A DNA stretch of 64,000 bases from a virus: positions 5,710 through 69,709 of the IMG/VR virus record IMGVR_UViG_3300014501_000015; one strand, written 5' to 3'. Positions within the stretch are counted from its first letter, which is position 1, and every line of letters starts with the position of its first letter. The translations under genes and the position numbers were made by a program. Shown piece by piece: positions 23,753 to 34,713 of the stretch. The notes under the pieces are model-generated. The model did not search any database, was not told the DNA's origin, and was given only the letters and a program-made list of their open reading frames with translations.

Positions 23753-24111
23753 TGAGCGTCTCCGTCGGTGAACTGGCGGCAGCTACCACCCTGGCGGTGT
23801 TCGGCGGTGGCGGGTTGAAGTGGTTCTACGACCGATGGCGCCGGGACATGCTCAGGGCAGAAGACCGGCCGATCAAAGAGATCGCCACTACCACTCAGGC
23901 AGCCGACGCTATCGCCAAGGCGGCAGCATCGTTGGTTGAGATGCTTCAGAACCAGTTGGTAACCACTGCTGGTCAACTGGCTGAAGTGTTGAAGCAGTTG
24001 ACCATTGCGAATGAGGCATTAGCAGTAATCAAAGAAGCAGAGGCTGAATGCCAAAGACGACTCGATGTTGTTGAGTCTGAACTTGCTGCATTGAAAGAGA
24101 GCCATGGCTGA
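23752..24111 (+). CDS. membrane-anchored coiled-coil protein
   Basis: N-terminal hydrophobic segment plus heptads. Confidence 0.6.
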   Translation: MSVSVGELAAATTLAVFGGGGLKWFYDRWRRDMLRAEDRPIKEIATTTQAADAIAKAAASLVEMLQNQLVTTAGQLAEVLKQLTIANEALAVIKEAEAECQRRLDVVESELAALKESHG

Positions 24112-24541
24112 TTCCCGAATCCCCGACCGTCGAGCTTCTGACAAAGCTGTCGAGACTATTCAGACGCTGAATGCTGAACTTCTGCCTAGTATTGACAAGA
24201 TCAATAAGCAGTTGGAGCAAGTCCAAAAACTGGTCCGCCATCGTATCTATCTCGGGGTGGGCTTGCTGGTGGTGCTGGTAATAGTGCTTTGGTGGGTCAA
24301 GGGTACGGCTGACACTGCCAATCGGATTGCCAGTAAAGCCGAGACTAATCAGCAAGTGGCTTACCAAGCCTGTCTGGGGACCAACGTGGAGAGAGCCAAT
24401 AACACGATCTTGTGGACGGCAGCCATCGACTCATTCGTGACGCCAACCAACGATTCACAGACGGAAGCCGCCATTGCCAAAATCCGCCAACTGGTAGTCG
24501 TAACCGATGCGCCCCGCGACTGTGCCAAGTTGGCTCACTGA
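24104..24541 (+). CDS. membrane protein
   Basis: One TM segment, two Cys. Confidence 0.6.
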   Translation: MADSRIPDRRASDKAVETIQTLNAELLPSIDKINKQLEQVQKLVRHRIYLGVGLLVVLVIVLWWVKGTADTANRIASKAETNQQVAYQACLGTNVERANNTILWTAAIDSFVTPTNDSQTEAAIAKIRQLVVVTDAPRDCAKLAH

Positions 24542-24552
24542 GAGGAGAACCC

Positions 24553-24624
24553 GTGCTCCGTCTAATTGGCGCCGTCGTAGTCGTCCTCGTTGTCGTGTGG
24601 CTGTTCGTCGCCCTCGTCCACTAG
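24553..24624 (+). CDS. tiny hydrophobic peptide
   Basis: GAGGAG RBS; MLRLIGAVVVVLVVVWLFVALVH. Confidence 0.45.
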   Translation: MLRLIGAVVVVLVVVWLFVALVH

Positions 24625-25060
24625 GGTGGGCTCGCGCTTTGGGCTGAGGGCTGGACTTGGCGCACCTGGGCGTTCCTTCCGACAGGGGACGCTCCCCGTA
24701 CCCTCAGCCCACCTATCACTCTCTGTGTCGCCCGTAGAGGCCCGCAAACGACAGAGGCACCCACGTAGCCGCTCGTTTCGCTCGGTTGCACCGCTCACAG
24801 GCCACCACCAGATTCGACATCTCGTCGTACCCGCCGACAGAGACCGGCGTCACATGGTCGACGGCGGCTCGTACCTTGAGCCTGCTGGACAACCTTGGTA
24901 CCGTCCGCTCGGGTGACCGTTACCTTGCTCGCTCTTGGCATCATCTAGACCACTCTACTACCTAACTCAGCACTCGCATATCGAATGTATACCGATATAG
25001 AGACACTTTCGTCCCATCATCCGTCAACCCGTCTACGCGGTGTGGTTGACTAAGACGCAA

Positions 25061-25096
25061 CGAGCGCAGCTCGGCGATTGACCTCAGCGCAGCTGA
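25061..25096 (+). promoter_or_regulatory. twin GCA-triloop hairpin element, copy 1
   Basis: CGAGC-GCA-GCTCG GCGATTGACC TCAGC-GCA-GCTGA upstream of the GGAGG RBS. Confidence 0.7.
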
Positions 25097-25127
25097 CGGA
25101 CCTGTTGTCTAGTCTCGGAGGTTCGCT

Positions 25128-27029
25128 GTGCCCGCTCCCGCCGCTTACGGCCCATTCAAACGCCATTCCGGTCCCACCGGCGTTCCCGGCGATCACTTCC
25201 TGCCCGCCACCCGCCGGCACATGGCCGTCGACCACCGAGGTCGCATCACTGCGATGGTGGCTGACGGCGAGCCCGAGACCCCGCCTTCCGGTTCTGCTCC
25301 CTCAGGTGAGGAGCCAAATCAGGAAGTCCTGGCCACCGCCAATCACGACCCGATGACCGGCACGCACTCGCACTCGCATTCTGCCTATCAAGAGCAGGGT
25401 GGGGACCTGATGCACCAACATGAGCATTCGCATAATGGCGACTCGGCTCATGGGCATATCCACCCCGCGGCAGCCGAACCGGACCCACCGCTGACCGCCG
25501 AGGAGGCGGAGGTTCTGTCGAGCCTCACCGCCGAGGAAGCACTCGCTCTGATGAGGGCGGCGGCAGACGGTTCCCTGACCTCTCCCGACCTTGCAGCCCT
25601 CACCTCGGACAGCGGGGCAGACATCCCCCAAATCGTCACCAACCCCGGCGGCGCCTGGCACGCGTATACGCACGTAGAGGGGATTCGCACGGACGATGGT
25701 CGAGAGATTTGCATGGGAGCCACACAGTTCCCCGACCTGCCTGTCTCCCTGCGATTCCTCAAAAAGGACGAAGGCGGGCACTACGGCGCCGAGACTTGTG
25801 GCCGCATCGACACGATGGAAATGGTGGTCGAGGGCGGCGTCACCGCCTGCTTGGCGACCGGCGTGTTCGGTACCGACGAGATGGGGCAACTCGCCCAGCT
25901 ATCAGTCGAAGAGCAGACTCAGCGATTCATCTCCATTGACCCGCGTGATATCGTTGGCGAATACATCGAGGTCCAAATCTCCACTTCGTCCAGCATCTTC
26001 GACGACTGTGACGACTCGGACTACGACGGTTGGTTCCGCATGACGAGCTTCGTCGTCGGCGCGGCCACCATCGTGCCCATCCCGGCGTTGCAGCAGGCGG
26101 TCATCACCATGGCCGACCAGCCGTTGCCGATGGCTCCCCTTGCCACTGAGCGGGCACAGAACAACATCGTCGTGGTTGCTTCCGGCGCCCCGATGGCGTG
26201 GCCGGACAACCCGCCGGCTGAATGGTTCTCGACACCGCCTCCCACCGTTGGCGATGCTCGCCTTGTGCGCCAGCCCGATGGCAAGTACGCCGTGCCATTC
26301 ACAGTGACGGACGAAGGCCGGGTCTACGGGCACGCTTGCTACTGGGGCCAAGAACACACCGGGTTGCCGGGCCAGAAGGTGAAGCCGCCCAGGTCAGCGA
26401 CTTATGCCCACTACATGACCGGCGAACGGGTAGTCACTGTCGGTGAGAAAGAGGACGGCTCTCTCGACCTCGACCGGATCGCGGTCGGCAAGGTCACGAT
26501 GGGCTGCGGACACCCCGGCGTCAATGGCGTCAACGCGGCGGCGGCCAAGGCCCACTACGACGGGGGCTACGGCGTTGTCCAGGTGTTCGACGTGCGAGCC
26601 ATCGAGGACGACTTCGGCGTCTGGCTGTGCGGCGCGGTATGCCCGGCGCACTCCGACGACAACCCTGGTGGCCCGACCGCGGCTCAGATCCAGCAGGCGA
26701 TGTCGCTCGACCTCTCCCCCGACTGGCGCAAGGTCGCCGGCAAGCTGCACATGATCGCGGTGCTGTCGGTGCCCGTCGGTGGGTTCCCGATTGCTCGTGA
26801 GTCCCTGGTGGCCTCCGGCCTATCCGGCTTGAGCGAAGAGGACGCGGCTGCGGTGGCACGGGCAGGCTTCGACGGTGACGAGATGGTGGCCATTGTGGCT
26901 GCCGGCCGGGTACATCGCACCCCCCTCGCCAAGCGGATCGCCAGTTTGGAAGCGGTAGTGGACGAGTTGGCTGCCGATCACACGGCTCGCAAGCGTGAGG
27001 CTGCTCGGGCCACCCTCGCTGCCCTGTAG
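25128..27029 (+). CDS. putative capsid maturation protease/scaffold-type head protein
   Basis: 'VEGIRTDDGR', 'GRID', 'ATIVPIPA', 'PPAEWF', 'GRVYGH', 'EDDFGVWL.G', 'LSPDWR', 'SVPVGGFPI'; position in head module. Confidence 0.65.
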   Translation: MPAPAAYGPFKRHSGPTGVPGDHFLPATRRHMAVDHRGRITAMVADGEPETPPSGSAPSGEEPNQEVLATANHDPMTGTHSHSHSAYQEQGGDLMHQHEHSHNGDSAHGHIHPAAAEPDPPLTAEEAEVLSSLTAEEALALMRAAADGSLTSPDLAALTSDSGADIPQIVTNPGGAWHAYTHVEGIRTDDGREICMGATQFPDLPVSLRFLKKDEGGHYGAETCGRIDTMEMVVEGGVTACLATGVFGTDEMGQLAQLSVEEQTQRFISIDPRDIVGEYIEVQISTSSSIFDDCDDSDYDGWFRMTSFVVGAATIVPIPALQQAVITMADQPLPMAPLATERAQNNIVVVASGAPMAWPDNPPAEWFSTPPPTVGDARLVRQPDGKYAVPFTVTDEGRVYGHACYWGQEHTGLPGQKVKPPRSATYAHYMTGERVVTVGEKEDGSLDLDRIAVGKVTMGCGHPGVNGVNAAAAKAHYDGGYGVVQVFDVRAIEDDFGVWLCGAVCPAHSDDNPGGPTAAQIQQAMSLDLSPDWRKVAGKLHMIAVLSVPVGGFPIARESLVASGLSGLSEEDAAAVARAGFDGDEMVAIVAAGRVHRTPLAKRIASLEAVVDELAADHTARKREAARATLAAL

Positions 27030-27031
27030 CC

Positions 27032-27325
27032 GTGGACGACACCCTTGAGCAGGTGCTGATGGATGATGTCTCGCCGGAGATCCTCGTCAACGGCAAGCCG
27101 CTCGACCGCTCGCCCAAGCCGTGCGGGCATCGGACGTTTGGTGTCGACAGTCTCAGCGCGCTCATCAATGACGCCGAAGGCAATCTGGTGAGCCGAGAGG
27201 TTCGCATCCGCGTGCGGTGTATGGAGTGCGGCGTTCCCTGTGTCGTGAACCTCGACGCCCGTCGTCCGAGGAACGGCGAGCAGCACGGCGTCGTGTTCAC
27301 GATCACACCCATGGAGGATGAGTGA
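27032..27325 (+). CDS. hypothetical protein
   Basis: Coupled; CxxC. Confidence 0.5.
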   Translation: MDDTLEQVLMDDVSPEILVNGKPLDRSPKPCGHRTFGVDSLSALINDAEGNLVSREVRIRVRCMECGVPCVVNLDARRPRNGEQHGVVFTITPMEDE

Positions 27326-27687
27326 CCGCCGGCTGTGCTGACCTGGTTGTCGATGCCGGGGCGGGGTTCTCGACCCCGTTCATCTACTGCGAGCCAGGCT
27401 CGGCACCGGGAGTAGCTGGCCCGCCCATCGACGTCACCGGCTGGCATGCCGCCCTCGCGGTTCGGTCGTCCTACGGCGACGGCATTTCGGTCATGCTCGA
27501 TGACGAGTCAATGGGCGGTATCACCGTCGGGACCACAGACGGATCGTTCATCATCTCCATGACCGCCGAGCAGACGTCATTGCTCCCGAACCGCGGCGTC
27601 TACGACTTGCTGGTGACCCCGACAGTCGGTGAGCCAATCCGCTTAGTGCAAGGCAGTATTACCGCGACCCCGGCGGTGACGCCGTGA
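27322..27687 (+). CDS. Ig-like virion accessory protein
   Basis: 'PIDVTGW...GVYDLLVT...RLVQGSIT..PAVT'. Confidence 0.6.
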   Translation: MTAGCADLVVDAGAGFSTPFIYCEPGSAPGVAGPPIDVTGWHAALAVRSSYGDGISVMLDDESMGGITVGTTDGSFIISMTAEQTSLLPNRGVYDLLVTPTVGEPIRLVQGSITATPAVTP

Positions 27688-28049
27688 GTGACACCATGGT
27701 CGTTGTCCGCGATGTCAACAACTTCGTGGTGATCTCCGCGCCGCCTGCTCCCAAGGTGGTTCTGGCTCCTGGCGAACAGGGACCGCCGGGTGGTCCCGGT
27801 GGACTCGGACCTCAAGGGCCAGCTGGCCCCGACGGGCCTCCCGGCCCCGCGGGCGGCGCGGGCTTTGTGTTCAGCCAGATAACGCCCTCGACCGTCTGGA
27901 CGATCAACCACGACCTCGGGCGATACCCCGCCGTGACGCTGGTGGACAGCGCCGGGGACGCCATGATGACCGATTACGACTACGTCGACGCCAACACCAT
28001 CATCGTTACATTCAGCGCGGCTACCGCGGGCACCGCGTACCTTGCCTGA
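27684..28049 (+). CDS. short collagen-repeat virion protein
   Basis: GXY run then 'WTINHDLGRYPAVTLVD...NTIIVTF'. Confidence 0.65.
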   Translation: MSDTMVVVRDVNNFVVISAPPAPKVVLAPGEQGPPGGPGGLGPQGPAGPDGPPGPAGGAGFVFSQITPSTVWTINHDLGRYPAVTLVDSAGDAMMTDYDYVDANTIIVTFSAATAGTAYLA

Positions 28050-28064
28050 CCAAAGGAGATTCAC

Positions 28065-29627
28065 ATGAAGTTCGGCACCTTTATCGACCTACAGCAGAAC
28101 GCATTTAACAATGCACAGATCCAGAACCTCAGCAGCGCGCCGGTGTCGCCGGTCACTGGGCAGGTGTACTTCGACACGACCCTGCACGAGTTCGGTTGCT
28201 GGACGGGCAGCGCATGGAGTTACTCGATTGCCGGGCCGCAGGGCGCCCAAGGAGCCACCGGGGCGACTGGCACCCAAGGTGCCACCGGCTCAACTGGACC
28301 GCAAGGTTCTCAAGGCGCTACGGGAGCCGCTGGGCCGCAAGGTTCACAGGGCGCCACTGGCGCAACTGGGGCGCAAGGGGCAACCGGGGCAGCTGGGCCT
28401 CAAGGCACGCAGGGGCCGGCTGGCTCGACGGGCGCTCAGGGCGCCACGGGGTCAACGGGGTCACAGGGGTCGCAAGGGGCTACGGGTTCGGCTGGCACCC
28501 AAGGCACCCAAGGTGCCACTGGCGCCACGGGGTCACAGGGGGCAACTGGTTCGACAGGGCCGCAAGGCAGCCAGGGAGCGACCGGAGCACAGGCGGGCAT
28601 GACCCTCTCGGCGGCGGACACGTCGGTTGTCGTGAACAACACAGTTCCTACCGCGCCGACCATTCGTACCAACACCCTCGACGTGATCGCTACCCAGGAG
28701 CCGCCGGTCGCCGCGTGGGGCAATGCCGGGTTCAAGATCACCAACGGAGCCACGCCGACCGCATCGACCGACTTCGCCATCAAGAGCTACGTGGATGCTG
28801 TGGCGCAAGGGTTGAGCGTCAAGCCGTCAGCACAGGAGGCGACGACCGGCGCCGAGACATTCACCATCGTCGCCGGGTCGGTGACGGTGATTGCTGGGAC
28901 CGTCGTTGATGGCATCAGCCCCGCGGTCAACGACCGCATCGCCATCCTGCATGCTCCCGCGGCGACGGGCGCCGGCGCAGGTATTGGCACGGCACCCACC
29001 AGCGAACCAGCCAATGGCATCTACGTCGTCACCGCCAACGTCACCAACCTCACTGTCAGTCGCGCTACCGATATGAACACCGGGACGCAGGTGCCGGGTG
29101 CGTTCGTGTTCGTGGAAGAGGGAACGGAGAACGCCAGCGCTGGGTATGTCGTGGTCGGGGTCGGCCCCTTCACGATCGGCACCACCGCTATCCAGTGGAC
29201 GCAGTTCAGCGGAGCCGGAGAGATCCTGGCCGGGACCGGGATCACAAAGGTCGGCAACACTCTGAGCTTGACCAACCCGGTCACCGTGGCACTCGGCGGC
29301 ACCGGCCAGGCGACGGCCGCCAACGCCAGAGGCACGAGCGGGATCGGCGCGGCCACCGCGCCCACGAGCGGGTCGGGAGGCGTGGTCAGCGCGGTGGCCG
29401 AGGGCATTCCGACAAAGGTGATGGCGGTCATCGGGGACGGGGCAACTACTTCGTTCGTCATCACCCACAACCTGAACACTCGGGATGTGGTAGTGATGAT
29501 CTATGCGGCGGCGACTCCATGGGCGGAGATCATCACCGACGTGTCGATGACCTCGGTCAACACGATCACGGTGACCTTTGCGACGGCACCCAGCGCGTCG
29601 CAGTTCAATGTGGTAATCATCGGCTGA
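28065..29627 (+). CDS. collagen-repeat fibre protein
   Basis: Long GXY run; 'NGIYVV', 'WTQFSGAG', C-terminal '[10 protein letters not shown]...[10 protein letters not shown]'. Confidence 0.8.
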   Translation: MKFGTFIDLQQNAFNNAQIQNLSSAPVSPVTGQVYFDTTLHEFGCWTGSAWSYSIAGPQGAQGATGATGTQGATGSTGPQGSQGATGAAGPQGSQGATGATGAQGATGAAGPQGTQGPAGSTGAQGATGSTGSQGSQGATGSAGTQGTQGATGATGSQGATGSTGPQGSQGATGAQAGMTLSAADTSVVVNNTVPTAPTIRTNTLDVIATQEPPVAAWGNAGFKITNGATPTASTDFAIKSYVDAVAQGLSVKPSAQEATTGAETFTIVAGSVTVIAGTVVDGISPAVNDRIAILHAPAATGAGAGIGTAPTSEPANGIYVVTANVTNLTVSRATDMNTGTQVPGAFVFVEEGTENASAGYVVVGVGPFTIGTTAIQWTQFSGAGEILAGTGITKVGNTLSLTNPVTVALGGTGQATAANARGTSGIGAATAPTSGSGGVVSAVAEGIPTKVMAVIGDGATTSFVITHNLNTRDVVVMIYAAATPWAEIITDVSMTSVNTITVTFATAPSASQFNVVIIG

Positions 29628-32569
29628 TGAAGTTCCTGGGCGCCACGCTCGACCTCGGAGGAGTCCGAGCACAAGACAGCGCCGATCCGGTCAACCCGAC
29701 GGACCTGGCGACGAAGGAGTACGCCGACGCTACCGGTGCAACGGGCAGTCAAGGTTCAACGGGGGCTCAGGGCGCTACAGGGGCTCAGGGATCGCAGGGC
29801 GCTACTGGGGTAGGAACCCAGGGGTTCCAAGGGGCCACGGGGTCAACGGGTACCCAAGGCAGCCAAGGCGCTATAGGCAGTACCGGATCTCAGGGAAGTC
29901 AAGGCGCCACCGGGGTAGGGGCGCAAGGCAGCCAAGGCGCGCAGGGAACCTCGGGTGCCGGGTCACAGTCGTCGGTCCCCATTGCCGGGGCCAAAGTAGT
30001 GGGGCTCGGTCATTCGCTGATGTCGGGTTACGGATCGGTTCCTTCCACTCATGGGTTTATGTCCCAGGTGGCCGGGATGATGCGTTCTCGGTTGTGGAAC
30101 CAATCAGTAGCCGGGGCCACCCTTGCTGGATGCTTTGCACCATCCAGCATCATCGGCGGCTATGGGGGCATTCCGCAGATTCTCCAGCAGTATCTTCCCC
30201 CGAATCAACCGATTAACTGGCGCGGTGCCTATTCAGCTACGGCGTATTACAACCAGGACGACGGGGTGACCGAAGCCGTTGCCATGACTACCAACTGCAC
30301 TTGGACTACGACCAATGGCAATATAACCACTACGGGGAGTTTCACCACATCGAACATCGTGGCGGGGATGATGGTGGCGGGAGCAGGCATCCCGCCGGAG
30401 ACTTACGTCCTGTCGGTGACTTCGGCTACTGCTCTGGTGCTCAGCAACACTCCAACCGCTGGTGGTGCTGCTGCCACATTGACTTTCACCGGATGGTATC
30501 GGGCATTTCAGACAACTCACGCTGTTGCTCCTGCCGGGGTGGGCAACTTGGTCAATTGGAACTTGGTCCCGGCTGGGCATCCTTCCTATTTTGGTGGGCC
30601 GTACAACTCGCAGAGTGTGCTGCCGGTGATGATGTTCGGCAACAACGACATCAAACAGTCGGCCATGCGAAATCCGCAACCGTTCTTGTCAGCTTTGCAA
30701 GCAGCGTTCGCTCGTATCTCTGCGGCTTACGTATGGGGGAACAATTCACCGTTGGTGACATTGGCTGGGGGCACCTTCACGGCGTTAACCTATGCCACGC
30801 TGACCATTCCATTCGGGTCGGGGACTCAGTTGGTCCTGGTGCCGAACACGGCGGGAGCCACGATGTCGGCCATGACGCCGCCCGACTGGCCCGGTGGTTA
30901 CGTGGATTTCGGGTTCTGCCTGTCCTATGCGGCGTCAAGTTCTACCCCTGCAACCGGGACGTTAGATTTCACCGTGGACGGATCAGCGGTGAACTGCATC
31001 TGCTCGGGGATGGCGAATGGCTCAGCCGTGAACTTCGCCTCGCCCCTCCGTCAGGCGTATGCCTCCTGTGCCCTGGCTACCGCTCTCACCAGTGGCGTGT
31101 CCTCCGGTTCCACCTTGACGATACAAGGGTCAGACTTTGCGATTGGCAGCGGGTCGAGTGTTGTGGTCGGCGGGGTGAACGGTGGGCCGAGTATGACGTT
31201 CGTGACCACAGCATCGGCAGTTGCGGGAGCCACGTCGCTGGCTGTCACGGCGCAGACACCGACCAGCACCTTCCCGGTCGGCACGCCGGTTTACGATTCG
31301 ACTTACGCTGACGCCGGGTGGTTGAGTGCCAATGATGTGGTGGTGCGGGTTCCGGTGCCCGCCGGAAGCCACTACGTCACCGCTACGGTGCCTACCAGCC
31401 CTTCGATTGCCAACCTCTACTTCGACTACATCAGTTTGGAAGCCAAGACTCAGCCCATCGGGCTGATGTTCGGATTGTGGAAGGTCATCAACTTGCTCGG
31501 CATGGGCGGGTCGCTGCCGACCTTCCAAGACATTGACGTATGGAACGCCGACATACAAACTGTTATCGGAGCCGGTAACGAGTGGCCGCATGTGTTTGTT
31601 GACATCTCCAATGTGTTCCTCAACACGTCGCCGCTTTCGACAGCCCTGACTCTCGGGCAGACCGGCATCACGTCGCTCAGTCTCAGTAGTGGTCTGGTAG
31701 TTAATATTGCTGCTGGCGATACCGTCCAGATCGGGTCGGGGGCGACGTTTCAACGGGTGATTGCCTCGGCGTCTGCGGCTATCGGTGCCACCACGGTTAA
31801 CGTCAACTCGTTCACGTCCACCTATGCCCAACCCACCGGGACACCGATCTTCGACTTCACCGTCGCCTGCCAGTATTTCTACCAGGACGGAATCCACCCG
31901 AACCCGACCGGTCATGCGCTCATCTCCAGTGTGGTATGGCAGAACCTTTTGAGTTCTCTTCCTAATACCATCCCCCAATTGGCTGTCATGTCCGAGGAAG
32001 CGGGTAGGCCGACTGCTCTTGTAAATCTGGCAACGGGGACCGATCTAGTGATCGGTTCAGCTACGACGGCGGGTGCGTGGGCGTCGGTGGCAGGACTATA
32101 TGCCACCGTCCCCGCCGAACCGGGCGACATATTGGAGATCAGCGTAAACGGGTTGTACGACGCACTAGCGGCGGTCGGCTCGCTGGACATCGTGACCTTT
32201 AATCTCCCGGCCTATATCGCTGGAAACAGTGCGGGGGTGGCGTCGGTCATCAACTACCTGAGCGGTGCAGCGGGGGTGGGTGGGCCTCTCACCGGCATTG
32301 GTCTTGGGTACGCCGCTGTAGGAGCACAGGCAACCGATGGTCTGTCGGCGTTGTATTCGCCCGGCGCATCGACCACCATTCCCGAGGCGATCACCGGGAC
32401 ATTCCACTATCCGGTGCAGCCAGCCGACATCATTGACGGCAGCGTAGCGATTGGGATGGTTGGTCGATCCTCTACCACCAGTGTTCGGCACATCAAGAAC
32501 GCCGCTGGGTATCAGTTCATTATGTCGGTCGTGAACGTCGGGCCATTGTCTTATGCTTCGGAGGCGTAG
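29627..32569 (+). CDS. collagen + SGNH/GDSL hydrolase fibre protein
   Basis: GXY run; SGNH blocks 'LGHSLMSG', 'NQSVAG', 'FGNND', '[10 protein letters not shown]'. Confidence 0.75.
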   Translation: MKFLGATLDLGGVRAQDSADPVNPTDLATKEYADATGATGSQGSTGAQGATGAQGSQGATGVGTQGFQGATGSTGTQGSQGAIGSTGSQGSQGATGVGAQGSQGAQGTSGAGSQSSVPIAGAKVVGLGHSLMSGYGSVPSTHGFMSQVAGMMRSRLWNQSVAGATLAGCFAPSSIIGGYGGIPQILQQYLPPNQPINWRGAYSATAYYNQDDGVTEAVAMTTNCTWTTTNGNITTTGSFTTSNIVAGMMVAGAGIPPETYVLSVTSATALVLSNTPTAGGAAATLTFTGWYRAFQTTHAVAPAGVGNLVNWNLVPAGHPSYFGGPYNSQSVLPVMMFGNNDIKQSAMRNPQPFLSALQAAFARISAAYVWGNNSPLVTLAGGTFTALTYATLTIPFGSGTQLVLVPNTAGATMSAMTPPDWPGGYVDFGFCLSYAASSSTPATGTLDFTVDGSAVNCICSGMANGSAVNFASPLRQAYASCALATALTSGVSSGSTLTIQGSDFAIGSGSSVVVGGVNGGPSMTFVTTASAVAGATSLAVTAQTPTSTFPVGTPVYDSTYADAGWLSANDVVVRVPVPAGSHYVTATVPTSPSIANLYFDYISLEAKTQPIGLMFGLWKVINLLGMGGSLPTFQDIDVWNADIQTVIGAGNEWPHVFVDISNVFLNTSPLSTALTLGQTGITSLSLSSGLVVNIAAGDTVQIGSGATFQRVIASASAAIGATTVNVNSFTSTYAQPTGTPIFDFTVACQYFYQDGIHPNPTGHALISSVVWQNLLSSLPNTIPQLAVMSEEAGRPTALVNLATGTDLVIGSATTAGAWASVAGLYATVPAEPGDILEISVNGLYDALAAVGSLDIVTFNLPAYIAGNSAGVASVINYLSGAAGVGGPLTGIGLGYAAVGAQATDGLSALYSPGASTTIPEAITGTFHYPVQPADIIDGSVAIGMVGRSSTTSVRHIKNAAGYQFIMSVVNVGPLSYASEA

Positions 32570-32578
32570 GGTGGAGCA

Positions 32579-33391
32579 ATGAGCTTCTCCAACCCACCGA
32601 TCATCGAGGGCGATCCACCCTCGGACGGGGACGCCCCAATCTTCGATGCAGCAACGGGCACCTGGCGCGCAGGCGCGGGAGGGGGAGGCGGAGGCGGCAA
32701 CCCGTTCGACAAGGTGCAGCTACTCCGCCAGGACGTGGCGATCCCCGACTACCCCGACGGCCCGGCGGACAGCATGACGCTGGCCTTCCTCGGTCCCGGG
32801 TTCGGCGAGTACCTACTGGCGGGCCTGGTACACGACGACACCGGCACCGTCACCGGCATTGTGGACCTGGCAAGTTCGACCGATGGCATCACCTGGACCA
32901 TCGGCGGCATCCCGCCAGCGATCACGTTCGCCGTGACGATGGGCACGTCTCAGTACCTGGCGTTCCCGGTGGAGATCCGAGCCGTGTCGAGCGCACCGCT
33001 CGGAGGCCCAGCGAGCGGCACCGTCGTAATGCCACCCGAAGTGCTGCCGGTGGCATCGAACGTGATGGTGTGCGAGGCCGACCAGGTGGCGGTGACCGCG
33101 CCCACCGCACCGCTGACGGCGAACTACACGGTGACGGCCACACTTTCGGTGTCGAACGCCGACGGCACCGAGCAGTTGATCCTCACCGCCACCGCCGAGT
33201 TCCTGGCGGGCACCCAGCCCGCACCCGGCAACATCGACTGGTCTACCGCCACCGTCGTGTCGCAGACCGGGACCGACCTCTCCTGGGCGCCGGGGAGCTC
33301 GGAATACACCGGAGTCACCACCGCCGTTGTTACCAGCGCGGCGGGCGGCGGAGTGTGGACCGCCAGCCTGATCGGCCAGGTGACGCAGTGA
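32579..33391 (+). CDS. putative virion protein
   Basis: N-terminal 'NPPIIEG..PSDG...W' anchor plus Gly linker; Thr/Ala-rich. Confidence 0.55.
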   Translation: MSFSNPPIIEGDPPSDGDAPIFDAATGTWRAGAGGGGGGGNPFDKVQLLRQDVAIPDYPDGPADSMTLAFLGPGFGEYLLAGLVHDDTGTVTGIVDLASSTDGITWTIGGIPPAITFAVTMGTSQYLAFPVEIRAVSSAPLGGPASGTVVMPPEVLPVASNVMVCEADQVAVTAPTAPLTANYTVTATLSVSNADGTEQLILTATAEFLAGTQPAPGNIDWSTATVVSQTGTDLSWAPGSSEYTGVTTAVVTSAAGGGVWTASLIGQVTQ

Positions 33392-33416
33392 CCTCCGGCG
33401 TGGCTGAGAACTGGGC

Positions 33417-34712
33417 ATGACCACTATTTCTGTTTTCAGTCCGAGCCACAACCCCCGCTTCCTCGACCAATGCTGGGCCTCGCTCAAGGGGCAGACCATC
33501 CAGAGTTTTGAATGGATCGTGGTGCTCAACCAAGGGGCGCGCTGGGCGTGTGACGACCCGCGGGTCAAGGTGGTCATCGCTGACGAGATACGGGGTGTGG
33601 GAGCGGCCAAGCATCACGCCTGTGCTCTCGCCACCGGCACAGTGCTCGTAGAATTGGACCACGACGACCTGCTGACCTGCGATGCGCTCGGCATCATTGT
33701 TGCTGCCTTCGACGCCCTTCCCGAAGTCGGGTTCGTCTATAGCGATGGGGCGCAGATCACTGAGGACGGCGACGAGGACACGACCACCTGGGACACCAAC
33801 AACGGGTGGGAGTACCACCCCGAAGTTGTAGAAGTCTCGGATGGTGACGAGCGGTTCGACACCGATCCGCACAAGAAGGCCGTCCTTGCCGTCGACGCCT
33901 TGGAGCCGACGCCGCACAACCTGAGTTTCGTGTGGTGGGCGCCGAACCATGTCCGAGCTTTTCGCCGGTCGGCTTACGAGAAGGCTGGGGGCTACGACAT
34001 CACCCGCGACTTTCTCGACGATCAAGACCTCATGTGCCGCATGTACCAGGTTACCGAGTTCTTCCACATTACCCAGGCCCTTTATCTGCAACGCGTTCAC
34101 CCTGGCAACACCCAGGCCCAAGCCGCCATCAACGCCGCCATCCAAACCGGGACGGTCGAACTCCACGACCAATACATCGAACCAATGACGCTGGCGTGGG
34201 CCAAGCGCAAGAAGTTGAAGGCTCTCGATCTTGGTGGTGCGCACTCCAGCCCTCCGGGGTATCTCTCGGTCGATCTGGTAGAACCGGCGGATTACGTCGG
34301 TGACGTATTCGACGTGCTTGGTAAGATGGAGGACTCGTCGGCCGGAGTTGTGCGAGCCCAGGACTTTATCGAGCACATCCCCACCGTTGACACCGTGCGC
34401 CTAATCAATGAAATCTGGCGGGTGCTAGCGCCCGACGGTATGTTGCTTTCGATGACCCCCTCAGTGGATGGGAGGGGCGCGTTCCAAGATCCCACTCATC
34501 TGTCCTACTGGTCAGACAACAACTGGTGGTACTTCACTGATGTCGCCTATCAGCGGTTCGTGCCGGCAATCACGGCAAGGTTCCAGACGAGCCGGTGCAT
34601 CACGTATTTTCCCGACGAATTTCACAAAATTCACGACATCCCCTACGTGCGGTTCGACGGTATCTGTCTCAAGCCCGGCGGCGTTCGCAATGGGGGTTAT
34701 CTTCGGTGGTGA
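33417..34712 (+). CDS. GT2 glycosyltransferase fused to a SAM methyltransferase-like domain
   Basis: 'ISVFSPSH', 'ELDHDD' (DxD), 'DDQDL'; C-terminal 'LDLGG...DFIEH...EIWRVL.PDG...QDPTH'. Confidence 0.85.
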   Translation: MTTISVFSPSHNPRFLDQCWASLKGQTIQSFEWIVVLNQGARWACDDPRVKVVIADEIRGVGAAKHHACALATGTVLVELDHDDLLTCDALGIIVAAFDALPEVGFVYSDGAQITEDGDEDTTTWDTNNGWEYHPEVVEVSDGDERFDTDPHKKAVLAVDALEPTPHNLSFVWWAPNHVRAFRRSAYEKAGGYDITRDFLDDQDLMCRMYQVTEFFHITQALYLQRVHPGNTQAQAAINAAIQTGTVELHDQYIEPMTLAWAKRKKLKALDLGGAHSSPPGYLSVDLVEPADYVGDVFDVLGKMEDSSAGVVRAQDFIEHIPTVDTVRLINEIWRVLAPDGMLLSMTPSVDGRGAFQDPTHLSYWSDNNWWYFTDVAYQRFVPAITARFQTSRCITYFPDEFHKIHDIPYVRFDGICLKPGGVRNGGYLRW

Positions 34713-34713
34713 A

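Noticed and set aside
24625-25050. ORF 24590-24916 or an ncRNA in the gap before the head genes
   Set aside because: No RBS or protein-like composition; only a short inverted repeat (ATATCG/CGATAT) near a likely promoter
28230-28600. 9-bp periodic DNA as a non-coding repeat
   Set aside because: Explained by collagen GXY coding
29195-29626. N-terminal 144 aa of the 1124-aa ORF
   Set aside because: Shadow frame of the upstream gene; coupled ATG at 29627 gives MKF, like the 28065 gene
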